Of a stretch of 64,000 bases of DNA, positions 50,658 to 63,544 are shown in pieces (the first letter of the stretch is position 1; every line of letters begins with the position of its first letter). A model generated the notes under the pieces. That model did no database searches and was not told the DNA's origin. It saw only the letters and a program-made list of their open reading frames with translations. The DNA comes from Octopus vulgaris (lineage: Eukaryota), in NCBI GenBank assembly GCA_951406725.2, contig OX597817.1, positions 13,392,001 to 13,456,000 of the forward strand, given 5' to 3'. The translations under genes were made by a program, and so were the position numbers.

Positions 50658-52574
50658 GTAATGTGTCACAAAAGAATATATTTCCACGAAAAGTGTTTTG
50701 CAATTTTAAAAGAGCAATTTTTTTTCGATACATGTGTTCCCATATATGTTAAAACGCAGAATCTCAAAGTTATTCTTTGTTTTTTTTTTTAATTCCTTTG
50801 TTGATGGTTCTTTTGATGTTTGTCACACCTCATGAAAAAAAAAAAAAAAAGTTATTTTAATTACGAAATTTTGTCGTTTAATTACTTCGTGGTTGAAGAA
50901 AAATTGCATTTATAAATTAAGTTCTTTTACAGGTTTTGTTTTTAAATGTTTCTGAAATATAAACATTCATTTCTGATATTTATATTCGAAATTCAAACTT
51001 TTCATTCATTTCAAATATCGAAAGATTTATTTTATTTAATTTCTGTTTTATCGACGAAACCTGTTTTGCGAAATGTTAATTTTTCTACTCATGTCCTGGT
51101 TCATATCTATTATGTTTAAAAACTTGGTGTATTTATTTTCTGAATGTTTTGTATTAAATGCAAATCTCTGATATTTTATAAAACCCGCGTATTATAAGTT
51201 TATTTATAATCAACACACAGCTTGTAACTGATTTGAAATGTTTTATTGAATTATTCTGAAACATCTGGAGTACACAAAAGGGGTTACTACGTAGCAGGTT
51301 CTTTTGAATTGGGAAGCTTAATGTGTATGAGATCAGCATGACCAGATGGTGAACAAAAATATAGACGCATCTTTTGTCAATCTTAGATATAAGTGCGAAT
51401 ACATTTTACTAAAATAGTTTTATTAATAATTCCTACTTTCATGCACCCAGCCTTCCCCAAAAAATTCAGAATAAAAATGTAACCCGGCTGATATTTTGGC
51501 TACGTAATCAATGCATGTGTAACGTAATTTAGTAAACCGACAGCATGTATGGGTTGACAGAAATAGTGATAGGGTTGCAGAAATTAAATAATTCTGTTTT
51601 AAAAAATACAGAACAATGTTTTTATACTGCAGAATTGTACAACTGATCACATCTTTTATTATTGTTTAATATACGGGTGTTTTCTTTTTAGCAGGATGCT
51701 GCTATCTAAACTAGAAGTCACCATATCTTGGCTCTTTGAAACTGACGTACGTGGGAAAATGACCCTCTTCTTCCGGTTCATCCCCACAGAAACAAAAGAA
51801 CTAAAACACGATTTATAGTTATATATAATAAATAAATTATTTCTATTTGAAAATAAACCCTCAAATTAAAAAAAATGATACTTCACAAATTCGTGCTTTG
51901 TGGTATCGCTTATCACTAGAACGTCGGAGTTCATGTGTTGATGGGTTGTCTATGTGACTGTGACATAAACGATTTCATTACATGTTGACGACTTCGAAAA
52001 GTTCTCGATCGCTCATCCACCCCTCGACAGAGGCAAAGTAAATTAAAATGTCTTACATTAGGGTACAATCATTATATCACTGGTATTTTTTTACTTTTTG
52101 TTATCGACAACAGGACAAAATTGAACTTCGAACATGCAAGGACGAAACTGAAAGATTTTAAATATACGTAAAAAAGAAAAGCCTGTGTCCTGGATTCTAC
52201 TTTATCTGCTAATCCAGTGTAATGACAGTAAATACTTTGTACCAATACTTTTCGTGACATTGGTGTAACAGTAAAAAATACCCTACTTTAGTACGTTTAA
52301 ATGTGCTACAGGTTTGTCACATTGAATCGGTCGAGTTTCACATATGTAAGTGTATGGCCCTACTGAATCACACAGCAGCCTTATTGTTAGTGGAAAAGCT
52401 AGTCAGCGCTCGTTAAATACATCAGTGACTGAGATTTGATATTCACTTCATTAAAGGAATTTTGTATTATTATTATTATTTAACCTAAGTAGCGCCCATG
52501 ACATTTGTAGACCCTCCCAGATTTGATGGAATCAATGTTTAATGTTCAGCTTCAACTATAAAAAAGAGGAAACG

Positions 52575-52782
52575 TGCTAACGTAGTCGCTCAACCTGCTA
52601 GAAATAACAGCCATAGCTTCCTTAAATCACATCCTACCTAATTAAAGCAGAACACATTGGAGAATGTAGTTCTAGAAACAGTATGTAGTGGAGAAAAATA
52701 GGATGCTTAGGATTGCAACACAGATAATCAGTTAATCTTAATTCTGCTCAATTAGTGCTGACCTAAGGCTAAAGAACAATAA
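52575..52782 (+). mobile_element. Old dispersed repeat family E (other copies near 12830, 13655, 31200, 45935, 53075)
   Basis: Recurrent CTGCTAGAAATA(A/G)CAGCC...TGACC...AACAACAA motifs on both strands. Confidence 0.55.
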
Positions 52783-55311
52783 CGTGGACTGGGATAGAAT
52801 TGGGGAAATGCTTAATGCGGGTATGAAACGCAATGAGGATGACGATAAATACGTGTGTATCGGGTGGGTTTTAGACCGAATGGAGTTGGTTAGTTCGAAG
52901 GAATTAAGTCTATTGGAATAACTGCAGAGAGAGAGAGAGGGTTGTGAACTATTGTTTGGAGTGTACTTATGGAAAAATCTTTGTCAATCAGCCGGGAAAT
53001 CTTCACTCGAATTAAATCATTTTTCCACAATAAAAGATACTACTTCAGTTTCTTGGTATTGAACCGATGAGGGGTCATCGACGTAGTCATTACACCTGGT
53101 AGAAATAACTGCCAAATGTTCCTCAAACTCCTGTCCGAACAGAAGACTGATCACTACTGAAAGAATGCTTTTGATCTGGGTTTTCCTGATATTGGTTGAC
53201 CCAGTTCACAGTAATAATGTCATGGGTCTGCTACTGCATTATAAACAAGCTACTTCACCAAGTATTTTATATCTGTCTATCTATCTTAATCAATCAAAGT
53301 GACTATTTTCTTCTTTTTCATTTACGTTCAGTGAAATTAAACCTACAGTATTTCCTTAAAGTTTAACCGAAAACTGGGGTAGAATTTAATTTCTAACAGG
53401 TACCCTTTTTGGCGGAGCTCTTTTGCTGTGTACATTTTCAGAAGGGCGTGATATATGTATATATCTATATATATATAAAACCTGTGTGTAAGAGAGTTAT
53501 CGTACTTGGACGACCTGGAAGCGAAAATGTGTTAATCTCTGATACATGTTCTCAGTAGCGATGTTTTTATCAAACTACAATTTTGAACCACTTAATATAC
53601 ACATTTAAGTTGCTGTACGTTTTAATTTACTACCCAACTAATTATAGTTAATGTCGACCTGATTAAGTAGCAGTCGTTGGAAACAAAAACCACTAATAAA
53701 CACTGTAGCCTGTAATAAAGTGTTGCTCTCTGCTATTAGCAGCAGTTTGTGATAATTTAATTCCCGTATAGCAATTACATGCCGTAGAAGCTGTAAATCA
53801 AAATACAATAGCTAAGTACTATATTTGAAAATGATTTGAATTAAGAAATTAACGATACAAAATTCACTTGTATATTATAAGTACATTGGCTTAATATTTG
53901 TGTAAAATCACTCAGTGAGTCGGTCGTCAGAGGGAATATCTTGCCATATTAGTCCCGACCCTGCATTTTGAGTTCAAATCACGCCGTAATTAATTTTGCC
54001 TTTAATCTTTTAGGGGTCAAGACAGTATGAACATTGCGACATTTGTTCCAGTTTTTGCATTCTGAGTTAAAATCCTTGCCTGACTTACTTCAGGGTAGCC
54101 TTAATCCGTTGTCTTTGTATAACACTGCTACCTGTCGCAAGAATTTGAGCGAGCTCTTTGGTTCAAGGATACTTTCCGTGCATCCTTCTCTCTCACCTGT
54201 CTTGAAGGTCCTTTAAAGAGTATTGGGAACTGCCTTTCCTCCTGATAAAAAGATATGTCAATAAATTGTAGACTTCTCTGTCAGTTATATCCCACTGCAC
54301 TGAATATTTTTTCAGTCAACGTTTTAGATTGAAAAGTAGATGAATAATGAATTGTCGAGCTAAGTGGAATTGATCTATGGAGAAGAATACATTTGAAAGC
54401 AATTTGTGTCTGGATCCTCTGTAAGGCTCTTCATGTATGAAGTTTCACAAAGGATATTAGTTTTTATCGTACTGAGAATTAGAAATCATTTTTTTTACTT
54501 ACTTCATTGGACTAATGTAATTATTATAAGTATTATGATTAACGATGAAGATTTACATTTCTCATAATCATTTAATAACACTATGATGGAGTTTAATGAA
54601 CAATTAAAACAGAGACATTGCTAATATAGTTTACTCAAAACTGCTGATAGATAACACTAAGCTTGAACTGGATAAGCCCAAATTCCTTGCATCATGATTT
54701 GGACTACCTGAAAAATTTTTAAATGCACTTTTGAAAAATTGGCTAAATCTCAAGAAAGCCTTATCATCTCAGACATGTTCCAAGTTTTGGATCTAAATAT
54801 AAACAAAGAAGACTGGCTACTGATTTCTTGCTAAAGCTCAATGTGCATGCATTTTTATATCAATTCTCTGCATTCAAAGATGATATAGAAGCAAGATTTA
54901 TTAATATATAGTTTTTATTTATGACATCAATTGTACTCAGGCAAAAATATTGCCTTAGAATTTTGCCTCCTCTGTCTCAGACCTAGTTTGCGTTGCAGTG
55001 GTGCATTTGTATTTGGATCTGTAGCACAGCCAGGTTCTAACACATTTTTTATACTATTAGCGAGGACTTTCATCATAGAAAGTTTAATAAACAAAAATAA
55101 CTGATCTAAGTTAAACATTACAGCAATTGTGGGCTATTACATTCTTGTATTGTCTTGTATATAGAAAGAAATGCTTTGTAGTAAATGGTAAATAAAGCCA
55201 TATTAACATCTGCAGGCCAAAACCACTGTATTCTGACATACATATCTGTTCATAATGTTAATGTAAACAGTATAAATCCTGACCAGCCTGGTAATGAGGA
55301 AGTAGCTTCAA

Positions 55312-56309
55312 CCATTTAGTATTCAAACCGACCAAACCCCGCCCAGATATTCTATGCGTTTTATGTTCAAACTGACCAGATCAGGCCTCTCACACTTACC
55401 CTAAAATGTCACTAAAAATAAACAATCACATCATCGAAATCTCAAATCTATGAGATAATGTATGATAAATTCAAAACAATGAGAATAATTAAGCGTTGCA
55501 TATAATAATAATAATAATAATAATAATAAACATTGTGTACAGTGCTCAGGTGCACTACAACTCATCGAAAGTGTATATATAATCAGGTGTAGTTTCGACG
55601 GATTTCGGAAAGCATGAGGGCCTTAAAGGATGCAGTGTCATGGCAGTCAACAACTGATGCAGGCAGTTTATTCCATGCTTCAGCAACTCTGAGTGTGAAG
55701 AAATGTTTCCGAAAGTCATGGGAGCTGTGTTGTTTTCTGACTTTGTAGGCATGTCCACGTGTGTTAGACACATGGAGATCAAAAAGGTGTTCAGTGTTGT
55801 TATTGGTGAGGTGGTTGACAACTTTGTGGGTGTTTACCAAGTCCGTCGCCAGACGTCGGAGCTTCAGTGAATCCATGCCCAGGGAAACAAGGCGCTCAGA
55901 ATATGGTAGGTGTCTGATGGAGGGTATGCGTTTGGTTGCACGTCTCTGAACAGATTCCAGGAGGTCAATGTTCTGAGCAAGATGGGGGTTCCAAACTGAT
56001 GATGCGAATTCCAAGTGTGGTCGTACCATAGCTGTATACAGTTTTAAATAGATGGCTGGAGAGCGGCTAACAAAAGTCTTGCTGAGTGATGCCAAGACAC
56101 CCTCGGCCTTCTTGACAATTTTAGAGATATGCTTTGTCCAACGCAAATCACTGCTGACAGTGATGCCTAGGTCACGCTCGCAAGAGGATTTCTTGATATC
56201 AGTGCTGTGGAGGGAGTATGTGGACGCAGGGTTTTTTCTCCCAAAATGCATGGTGGTACACTTGTCCACAGCCAGTTTCAGTTGCCAGAGTAATCTGAAT
56301 ACGAAAGGG
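55312..56309. mobile_element. Possible piggyBac-like MITE split by a LINE insertion
   Basis: Left TCAA|CCATTTAGTATTCA and right TGAATACGAAAGGG|TTAA form a degenerate TIR with TTAA-like flanks. Confidence 0.45.
55501..56287 (-). mobile_element. 5'-truncated CR1-like LINE (second family) with (TTA)n tail, in GDAP1 intron 1
   Basis: WQLKLAVDKC...ERDLGI...LYTAMVRPHLEFASSVWNP...LESVQRRATK...TRGH...FFTLRVAEAWNKLP. Confidence 0.93.
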
Positions 56310-56866
56310 TTAAACATTATTTGTGCAACAAATAATGATTTATCTTGGGTAAATGTAAATTGAACAAATGTCTGGTTCACATGCAACTGGGTACTGGTGT
56401 GGCATTGTGCATAACATGCCTTGCTTTTAACAAAATTCTTGTCTATCATCAAACCTTACTCATAAGCATTTAACCTCTGATGAAGGTTCAAACTTTCAAC
56501 AGCTTGGCTTGACTCAGGAGATAAAAACAGTACTTCAACTTCTTTGTGGTTAATTGTCCTTATAATTTTGAATAATTAATTGGTGCAAATATTCTGAAAG
56601 TTACATCCTGTTACATGTTTCTGAGTATTTACCATTGATGAATGCCTTTGATGCTAAAATTTCAGCGCTTGGTACAGTTAGAAATAAAATTTGTTCAGTG
56701 CACCAAATTTGTTCTTGTACACATAAAAAGAAACTTAGAAAGGAACTTCACAATCGTGGAGTAATGGGAAATATAACTCCATGACTTAAAAGCTAAAGTT
56801 CTTTCCACATTTCATGTCACACATACGGGTGTATAACAAACACTGAAAAAAAGTAGGAGCTTGTAT

Positions 56867-56968
56867 TTACTCTTTTACTTGCTTCAGACATTTGACTGCG
56901 GCCATGCTGGAGCACCGCCTTTCTCAAGCAATGCTAGGGGGACAAACACAGACACACAAACACACACA

Positions 56969-57000
<32 letters not shown>

Positions 57001-57668
57001 CTCTTTTTACTCTTACTCTTTTACTCTTTTACTTGTTTCAATCATTTGACTGTGGCCATGCTGGAGCACCGCCTTTAATCGAGCAACTCGACCCCGGGAC
57101 TTATTCTTTGTAAGCCCAGTACTTATTCTATCGGTGTCTTTTTGCCGAACCGCTAAGTGACGGGGACGTAAACACACCAGCATCGGTTGTCAAGCAATGC
57201 TAGGGGGACAAACACTACAGACACACAAACACACGCATACATATATATATATGCCGGTGGCACGTAAAAGCACCATCCGTTCGTGGCTGTTTGCCAGCTC
57301 CGTCTGGCTCCTGTGCGGGTGGCACGTAAAAAGCACCCACTACACTCGGAGTGGTTGGCGTTAGGAAGGGCATCCAGCCGTAGAAACACTGCCAGATCAG
57401 ACTGGGCCTGATGCAGCCTTCTGGCTTCCCAGACCCCAGTTGAACCGTCCAACACATGCTAGCATGGAAAACGGACGCTAAATGATGATGATGATGATGA
57501 TGATACGACAAGCTTCTTTCAGTTTCCGCCTACCAAATCCACTCACAAGGCATTGGTCAGCCCGGGGCTATAGCAGAAGACACTTGCCCAAGATGCCACG
57601 CAGTGGGACTGAACCCAGAACCATGTGGTTGGTTAGCAAGCTACTTACTACACAGCCACTCCTGCGCC
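56867..57668 (-). mobile_element. SINE family A (with nested family D element) plus an adjacent internally deleted A tail
   Basis: Tail 57001-57250, head 57505-57668; extra deleted tail at 56867-57000. Confidence 0.85.
57252..57504 (+). mobile_element. Family D short retroelement with (GAT)n tail, nested in a SINE A microsatellite
   Basis: GGTGGCACGTAAAAAGCACC x2, GGTTGGCGTTAGGAAGGGCATCCAGCCGTAGAAAC, ends GGACGCTAAA(TGA)n. Confidence 0.85.
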
Positions 57669-57825
57669 TTTTCAATATGGATTGAAAAACGTTAAAAAAA
57701 TGCTGGGAATATGTTAATGATAGTCAATTCAATTACTTCTTAAACTGAAGCCTTCTTAAGATCCATTTGAAGCTAAGCAATGTCCATCTGCATTAGATTT
57801 GGTATTCAAATGACAGCAGTGCCAT

Positions 57826-58190
57826 GGATGGAAGCACTCCGTCGGTTACGACGACGAGGGTTCCGGTTGATCCGATCAACGGAACAGCCTGCTCGTGAAA
57901 TTAATGTGTAAGTGGCTGAGCACTCCACAGACACATGTACCCTTAACGTAGTTCTCGGGGATATTCAGCGTGACACAGAGAGTGACAAGGCCGGCCCCTT
58001 GAAATACAGGTACAACAGAAACAGGAAGTAAGAGAAAGTTGTGGTGAAAGAGTACAGCAGGGATCACCACCATCCCCTGCCGGAGCCTCGTGGAGCTTTT
58101 AGGTGTTTTCGCTCAATAAACACTTACAACGCCGGTCTGGGAATCAAAACCGCGATCCTACGACCGCGAGTCCGCTGCCCTAACCACTGC
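57826..58190 (-). mobile_element. SINE family C
   Basis: Near full-length reverse complement. Confidence 0.9.
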
Positions 58191-58543
58191 CATACAATAG
58201 ATTGGAATTCATTTAATTGTAGGAATGATTTGGCTGTAAGAAATATTGAAGTCTTGCTTACAATCCAGAATCTAATTGTGTTGCTGAGTAAGTCATTAGA
58301 ACAATGAAGTTTACATTAAAAGGTCACTGTCTCAATTAGAATAACATACATCTGTCATATTCCTATTACTCCAAGCAGAGAAATTACTTATCAAACAATT
58401 AAGAGTAGCAGTAACCTTCTTTTATCAGGTTGGACAAATGGGTCGTTACAAGGGCAACATAATGAAATTTACTTTAGTTGTATGTTATCTGATTATTTCT
58501 GGCAAAAAATCTTAGCCTGAATTTATCTTTTAGTCAAAAAGGT

Positions 58544-58760
58544 GGAGGTGCATGACTTAGTGGTTATAGTGTTGGACTCATGATCATAAGATTGTGGTTT
58601 CAATTCCCGGACTGGGCAATGCATTGTATTCTTGAGTCACTCCATTTCACATTGCTCTCGTCTACTAAGCTGGCAAAAATGATTAATCCTATGACAGACT
58701 GGTATCCCATTCAGGGGTGGCATGACTGCACCGCAGAATCCAGGAGACCAGTCTTCTCAT
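58544..58760 (+). mobile_element. Old tRNA-derived SINE with a C-like head and a different body
   Basis: GGAGGTGCATGACTTAGTGGTTA...GGTTTCAATTCCC head; GACAGACTGGTATCCCATTCAGGGG block. Confidence 0.55.
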
Positions 58761-59044
58761 TTTCCCTTACAGAGCCTTTGGGATGGTTGAGAAAGAGAAA
58801 GGTATCCATGAACTGAAGACCTGGTCCAAATGCACTTAGAAAAGGGAACTCTGCTAAAGGCACCCAAGGTGCGAAGTGATGGATTAAGTCTTATTATCCA
58901 AGTAGGCAGGAATAGGCAGAATACTAAGCATCTGATTCAACATTCTTACAGTTCTGTCACTCTACCATCCTGGATTGGTACTTCATTCTTTTATTGACAT
59001 CCCAAAAGGATGAAAGGCAAAGTTGACCTCACTAAGCTCAAATA

Positions 59045-59495
59045 TCATCATCATCGTTTAATGTCCGTTTTCTGCGCTAGCACAGGTTGGAAGGTTTGAC
59101 TGGGGTCTGGGAAGCCAGGGGCTGCACCAGGCTCCAGTCTGATCTGGCAGTGTTTCTACAGCTGGATGCCCTTCCCAACGCCAACCACTCCGCGAGTGTA
59201 GTGGGTGCTTTTTACGTGCCACCTGCACAGGTGCCAGGGGGTCTGGCATTGTCCACGATCGGTTGGTGCTTTTAACGTGCCACCGGAACGGAAGCCAGCC
59301 AAGGCGGCGCTGGCATTGGCCACGTTCGGATGGTGCTTTTTATGTGCCACCGGCACAGAAGCCAGTAGAGGCGGCGCTGGCATCGGCCACGTTCAGATGG
59401 TGCTTTTTATGTGCCACCAGCACAGAAGCCAGTTGAGGCGGCGCTGGCAACGGCCACGTTTGGATGGTGCTTTTTATGTGCCACCGGCACAGGTA
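59045..59495 (-). mobile_element. Family D element with five 5' tandem units
   Basis: (CAT)n end at 59045; unit motif at 59204, 59265, 59332, 59399, 59466. Confidence 0.85.
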
Positions 59496-59735
59496 TCACA
59501 ACTACTATTTCCATTGATATTTGTTTCGATGTTCATGTACGTATAAAAAAAATTATAAAACATCATTTTTAAACAAATAGCTCCCTTCAAAATATCCTTC
59601 ATGAAGCACATGTGATCATAAATGTTATTAATTGGCTGATATTATTACCTTCTCCACCTTTATGTTGAATTGCCACTTGATTTTGTAATGCCCTGTAGTA
59701 ATGTTTCTAACAGGTCAACATCATTAATTTCTATA

Positions 59736-59858
59736 ATCATCATCATTGTTTGACCGTGGTTGAGACAATGGAATTTACTATGCTACGCCAGACTTCACGG
59801 TCCATCATAGCATCACGGAGGTCCTGTTGCTGGATGCCTGTATCCCTGGAGACTACTA
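59736..59858 (-). mobile_element. Short 3' fragment of an RTE-like LINE
   Basis: SRDTGIQQQDLRDAMMDREVWRSIV followed by (TGA)n. Confidence 0.6.
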
Positions 59859-60198
59859 CATTCAATCTTCAGCATCTCCCATATTCCCAACACGTTTAAG
59901 ACATACTAATTTTCACAACAACTTAAAAGGCTAGTGTAATATTGTCATTTAAGAACTGCAGATTTACAACATCTGATAACATGATTAATCTTCTAGATTT
60001 GAAGTAATATGATATTTATAATATGTAAAAATATCTCCAACACATCTGCAGATTGTGTCTGGTTTGTGATTTCATTGTTATTCTAATGTTGCCACTTAAC
60101 TTTTGTTTGCTTGCTTGCTTGTGGTTGGGACTGTTTAGAATAACAACCAGTTCAAAGTTAAACAGTTTCATAGAGGATTGTTTGGGTAATTTTAGTGA

Positions 60199-60480
60199 AC
60201 ATCATCATCATTTAACGTCCGCTTTCCATGCCAGCATGGGTTGGATGGTTCAACTGGGGTCTGTGAAGCCGGAAGGCTGCATCAGGCCCAGTCTGATCTG
60301 GCAGTGTTTCTACGGCTGGATGCCCTTCCTAACGCCAACCACTCCGTGAGTGTAGTGGGTGCTTTTTACATGCCACCCGCACAGGTGCCAGACGGAGCTG
60401 GCAAACGGCCATGGATGGATGGTGCTTTTACGTGCCACCGGCACGGGGGCCAAGCGAGGCTGGCAACGGACACGAACGGT
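60199..60480 (-). mobile_element. Family D element
   Basis: Reverse complement of 57252-57504. Confidence 0.85.
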
Positions 60481-60785
60481 TATAAAAAATTCAGTTATAA
60501 CAACTGCCTAAAGTTTTGAACTTAGTTACTTTTGTAGACATAAGAGAACCCTGCAAGAACTGGAACCACGAGAGTGAAAAGGTTGAGGATGAATGCTATA
60601 ACAGTTTCTGTTAAGAAGACTTGCAGAGTGTACTTCCTTAATAGTTCAGCTTTGGATATTTCTTTCATTATTGTTAAAGTCATACATAAAACCTTGTAAT
60701 CTATACTCTCAGTAATATACAACTATTTTAAATTATTGATACACATTTAAAATTTTATTTGATTATGAAAAAAAAAGAAAACAAT

Positions 60786-61186
60786 GGCGCAGGAGTGGCT
60801 GTGTGGTAAGTAACTTGTTTACCAACCACATGGTTCCGGGTTCAGTCCCACTGCGTGGCACCTTGGGCAAGTGTCTTCTATTATAGCCTCGGGCCGACCA
60901 ATGCCTTGTGAGTGGATTTGGTAGACGGAAACTGAAAGAAGCCCGTCGTATTTATATGTGTGTATATATGTGTGCGTGTATGTTTGTGTGTCTGTGTTTG
61001 TCCCCCTAGCATTGCTTGACAACCGATGCTGGTGTGTTTATGTCCCCGTCACTTAGCGGTTTGGCAAAAAGTGACCTATAGAATAAGTACTGGGCTTACA
61101 AAGAATAAGTCCCGGGGTCGAGTTGCTCGATTAAAGGCGGTGCTCCAGCATGGCCGCAGTCAAATGACTGAAACAAGTAAAAGAGT
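60786..61186 (+). mobile_element. SINE family A
   Basis: Full-length copy. Confidence 0.92.
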
Positions 61187-61398
61187 ATCTCAAAATAAAT
61201 ACGGTAACGAAAGGGTTAATGAAGCTGACTAACCAGGAATAACTACTTAAAAAACTGATTTAAGGTTAAAATGTTCATGAAATAGATGATGGTTCTTAGT
61301 ATAAATGTGAGACTAGCTAAATTTTTAAATACTTTACATTTTCCATGACTATTATTAGACTGAGATAATTAATCAGTTATTTGATATTTATCTCACAG

Positions 61399-61591
61399 GT
61401 TGTTTTAGCTCTGTACGAGAAAGAAATTCCGTTCAAGAGACATTATGTAAACTTACTTGCTGGTCAACAAAATGAACCCTGGTTTTTGGAAATCAATCCT
61501 AAAGGAAAAATACCCGCCTTGAAAGATGGAGACAAAGTTATTGTTGAATCAGACAACATTATTGATTACTTAGAATCGACTGTTCAATCAG
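61399..61591 (+). CDS. GDAP1: GDAP1-family protein, coding exon 2 (GST-N domain)
   Basis: CTCACAG acceptor, 193 nt, G|GTGAGA donor. Encodes VVLALYEK...QNEPWFLEINPKGKIPALKDGDKVIVESDNIIDYLE. Confidence 0.92.
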
Positions 61592-61751
61592 GTGAGAAAG
61601 TCCCTTTTTTTTTATATTTTGCGTGACACATTTACTTGTATCCCAGTATACAAATGTAGCTAAGTGGTTATAATACCTCTTGTTTTTTCTTTTCTGTTAT
61701 CCTTTTTAATGGATTTTGCTTTTACAGAAAGATTGTGTGAATGTGTGAATA

Positions 61752-62398
61752 TCCTTTGTGAGCCGCTCTCCGGCTATCTATCTGCGGCTTTATATAGCTA
61801 TGGTAAGACCTCACCTGGAATTTGCATCACCGGTCTGGAACCCCTATCTTGCCCAGGATATCAATCGTCTGGAAGCTGTTCAATGACGTGCAACCAAAAG
61901 AATACCCTCCATCAGGCATTTGCCATATCCTGAACGCCTTACTTCCCTGGGCATGGACACATTGAAACTCCGACGTCTGGCAGCTGACTTGGCAGACACC
62001 CATAAAATTATCAACCATCGCACAAACAATAACTCTGAGCACCTTTTCAAACTCCACCCATCTAACACCCGTGGACATATTTACAAAGTCAGAAAACAGC
62101 ACAGCTCCCATGACTTCAGGAAACATTTTTCACGCTGAGAGTTACTGAAGCATGGCACAAACTGCCGGCATCAGTTGTTAGTTGTCGGAGCACTGCATCC
62201 TTCAAAACTTCCATGCTTTCTGAGATTCGCCAACACTACACTTGATTTTCTCCCCTCCATACACACACAAGCATGTATCTGACTCATACATTGTTCGCTT
62301 TCCAGACATTTCTACATTACTGCATGCACTTTATATGCACTTTCTGACAAGTTGTGGTGCACCTGAGCACTGTATACAATAATTTCATTATTATTATT
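61752..62398 (+). mobile_element. CR1-like LINE 3' fragment (related to 55501-56287), in GDAP1 intron 2
   Basis: PYPERLTSLGMDTLKLRRL...NTRGHIYKVRKQHSSHDFRKHF; 3' UTR GTGCACCTGAGCACTGTA and (ATT)n tail. Confidence 0.92.
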
Positions 62399-62575
62399 AA
62401 ATGGAAAAGTGTGTGTGTGTTTATGCATTGCTAGCTCTGAGAAATTTTCATTAATCTAAAAATGAAAATATTTTAAAATTATAGCCCTGAATATAAACCC
62501 TAGAATATTGTTGATATGCATTTGTTATGAAATATTCTTTAATATTATTATTATTTTTTCCTTTTGTCTTGTTAG

Positions 62576-62746
62576 TTGTTACTCTTGTTCCTGATGAGTC
62601 TTTTGAAGTTGGTCAAGAAGTATCACGAATAAGAAAGCTCTTAAATTGTGTCAAAGTAGAAATTATTTCATATGGAATTATTATGCATGAAGAGCTTTCT
62701 ATAACTGGTTGTAAATTACCGTTTTATGTACAGAAAACAATGAAAG
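62576..62746 (+). CDS. GDAP1: GDAP1-family protein, coding exon 3 (gene continues beyond the window)
   Basis: TCTTGTTAG acceptor, 171 nt, phase 1-1, GTAAGT donor. LVPD...RKLL...SYGIIMHEEL...LPFY resembles GDAP1 LMPD...RELL...THGCILHPEL...IPAY. Confidence 0.88.
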
Positions 62747-62890
62747 GTAAGTTATTTCATCATACATTAACATACACATAATAAATCCCAGATGACTATC
62801 TTAATAAGTTGTTGGGATTACTAGGTGTTTTAAACATTGATTCCAACCCCCCCAAAAATGTGTTTGTAGTTATATAATACAAAAAATATA

Positions 62891-63540
62891 TTAGGTCATC
62901 CCATAAATAATGTGTTTTTTTAATACTTTCTTTATTTTTCAAAATTAACAGTCTTTTTTATCTAAAATATACTCTCCTTCATGTTCTACACTGCTCTTCG
63001 ATCTATCTGGTAGACTTGCAAGGTCCCTCTTCCAAAATTCACTTGTCTATGACATAAAATACTCCTCCAGTACTGTTCTGACCTCATCTACAGAATTCAT
63101 ATTTTTGCCATCCAAATGAATTTGAAGACTGCGGAATAAATGAGAGTCAGAGGGGGCAATGTTGGCGAATATGTTTTGTGGGGCTTTGTTTCCCATTCAA
63201 ATTGTTCCAGCCTTTGGAATGTGACCGAGCATTATCCTGATGGAAAAACACCTTTTGTCTTGAAACCAAATATGGTCATTTTTTTTACTAGCGCTGACTT
63301 AAGCTGTTTGCAATAGATCTCCTTTCTCATCGTTTGGTTTGAGTTTAAAAGTTCAGAGTGGGCTAAACCTTTCATATCCCACCAAACTGTTTGGGAGTGG
63401 CACTTCTTCACACAGCTCTCCTCATCCATCCACAGTACATGACTTTACCAATGCAAACGTTTCTCTTACATGCCACATCCGATGCTTCTTATATCTAACA
63501 TTTCGCTCAGGGAGCTTACACTCTGTCGAGTGTGCACACT
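62891..63540 (-). mobile_element. Degraded mariner, 3' half
   Basis: TA|TTAGGTCATCCCATAA terminus like 44269; VWWDMKG...ELL, HQDNA, APSD.HLFRSLQ remnants. Confidence 0.78.
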
Positions 63541-63544
63541 GACA

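Noticed and set aside
59204-59490. CRISPR-like array (about 25-bp repeats with 36-42-bp spacers)
   Set aside because: Spacers are similar to one another, the motif belongs to a dispersed retroelement, there are no cas genes, and the context is a eukaryotic intron.
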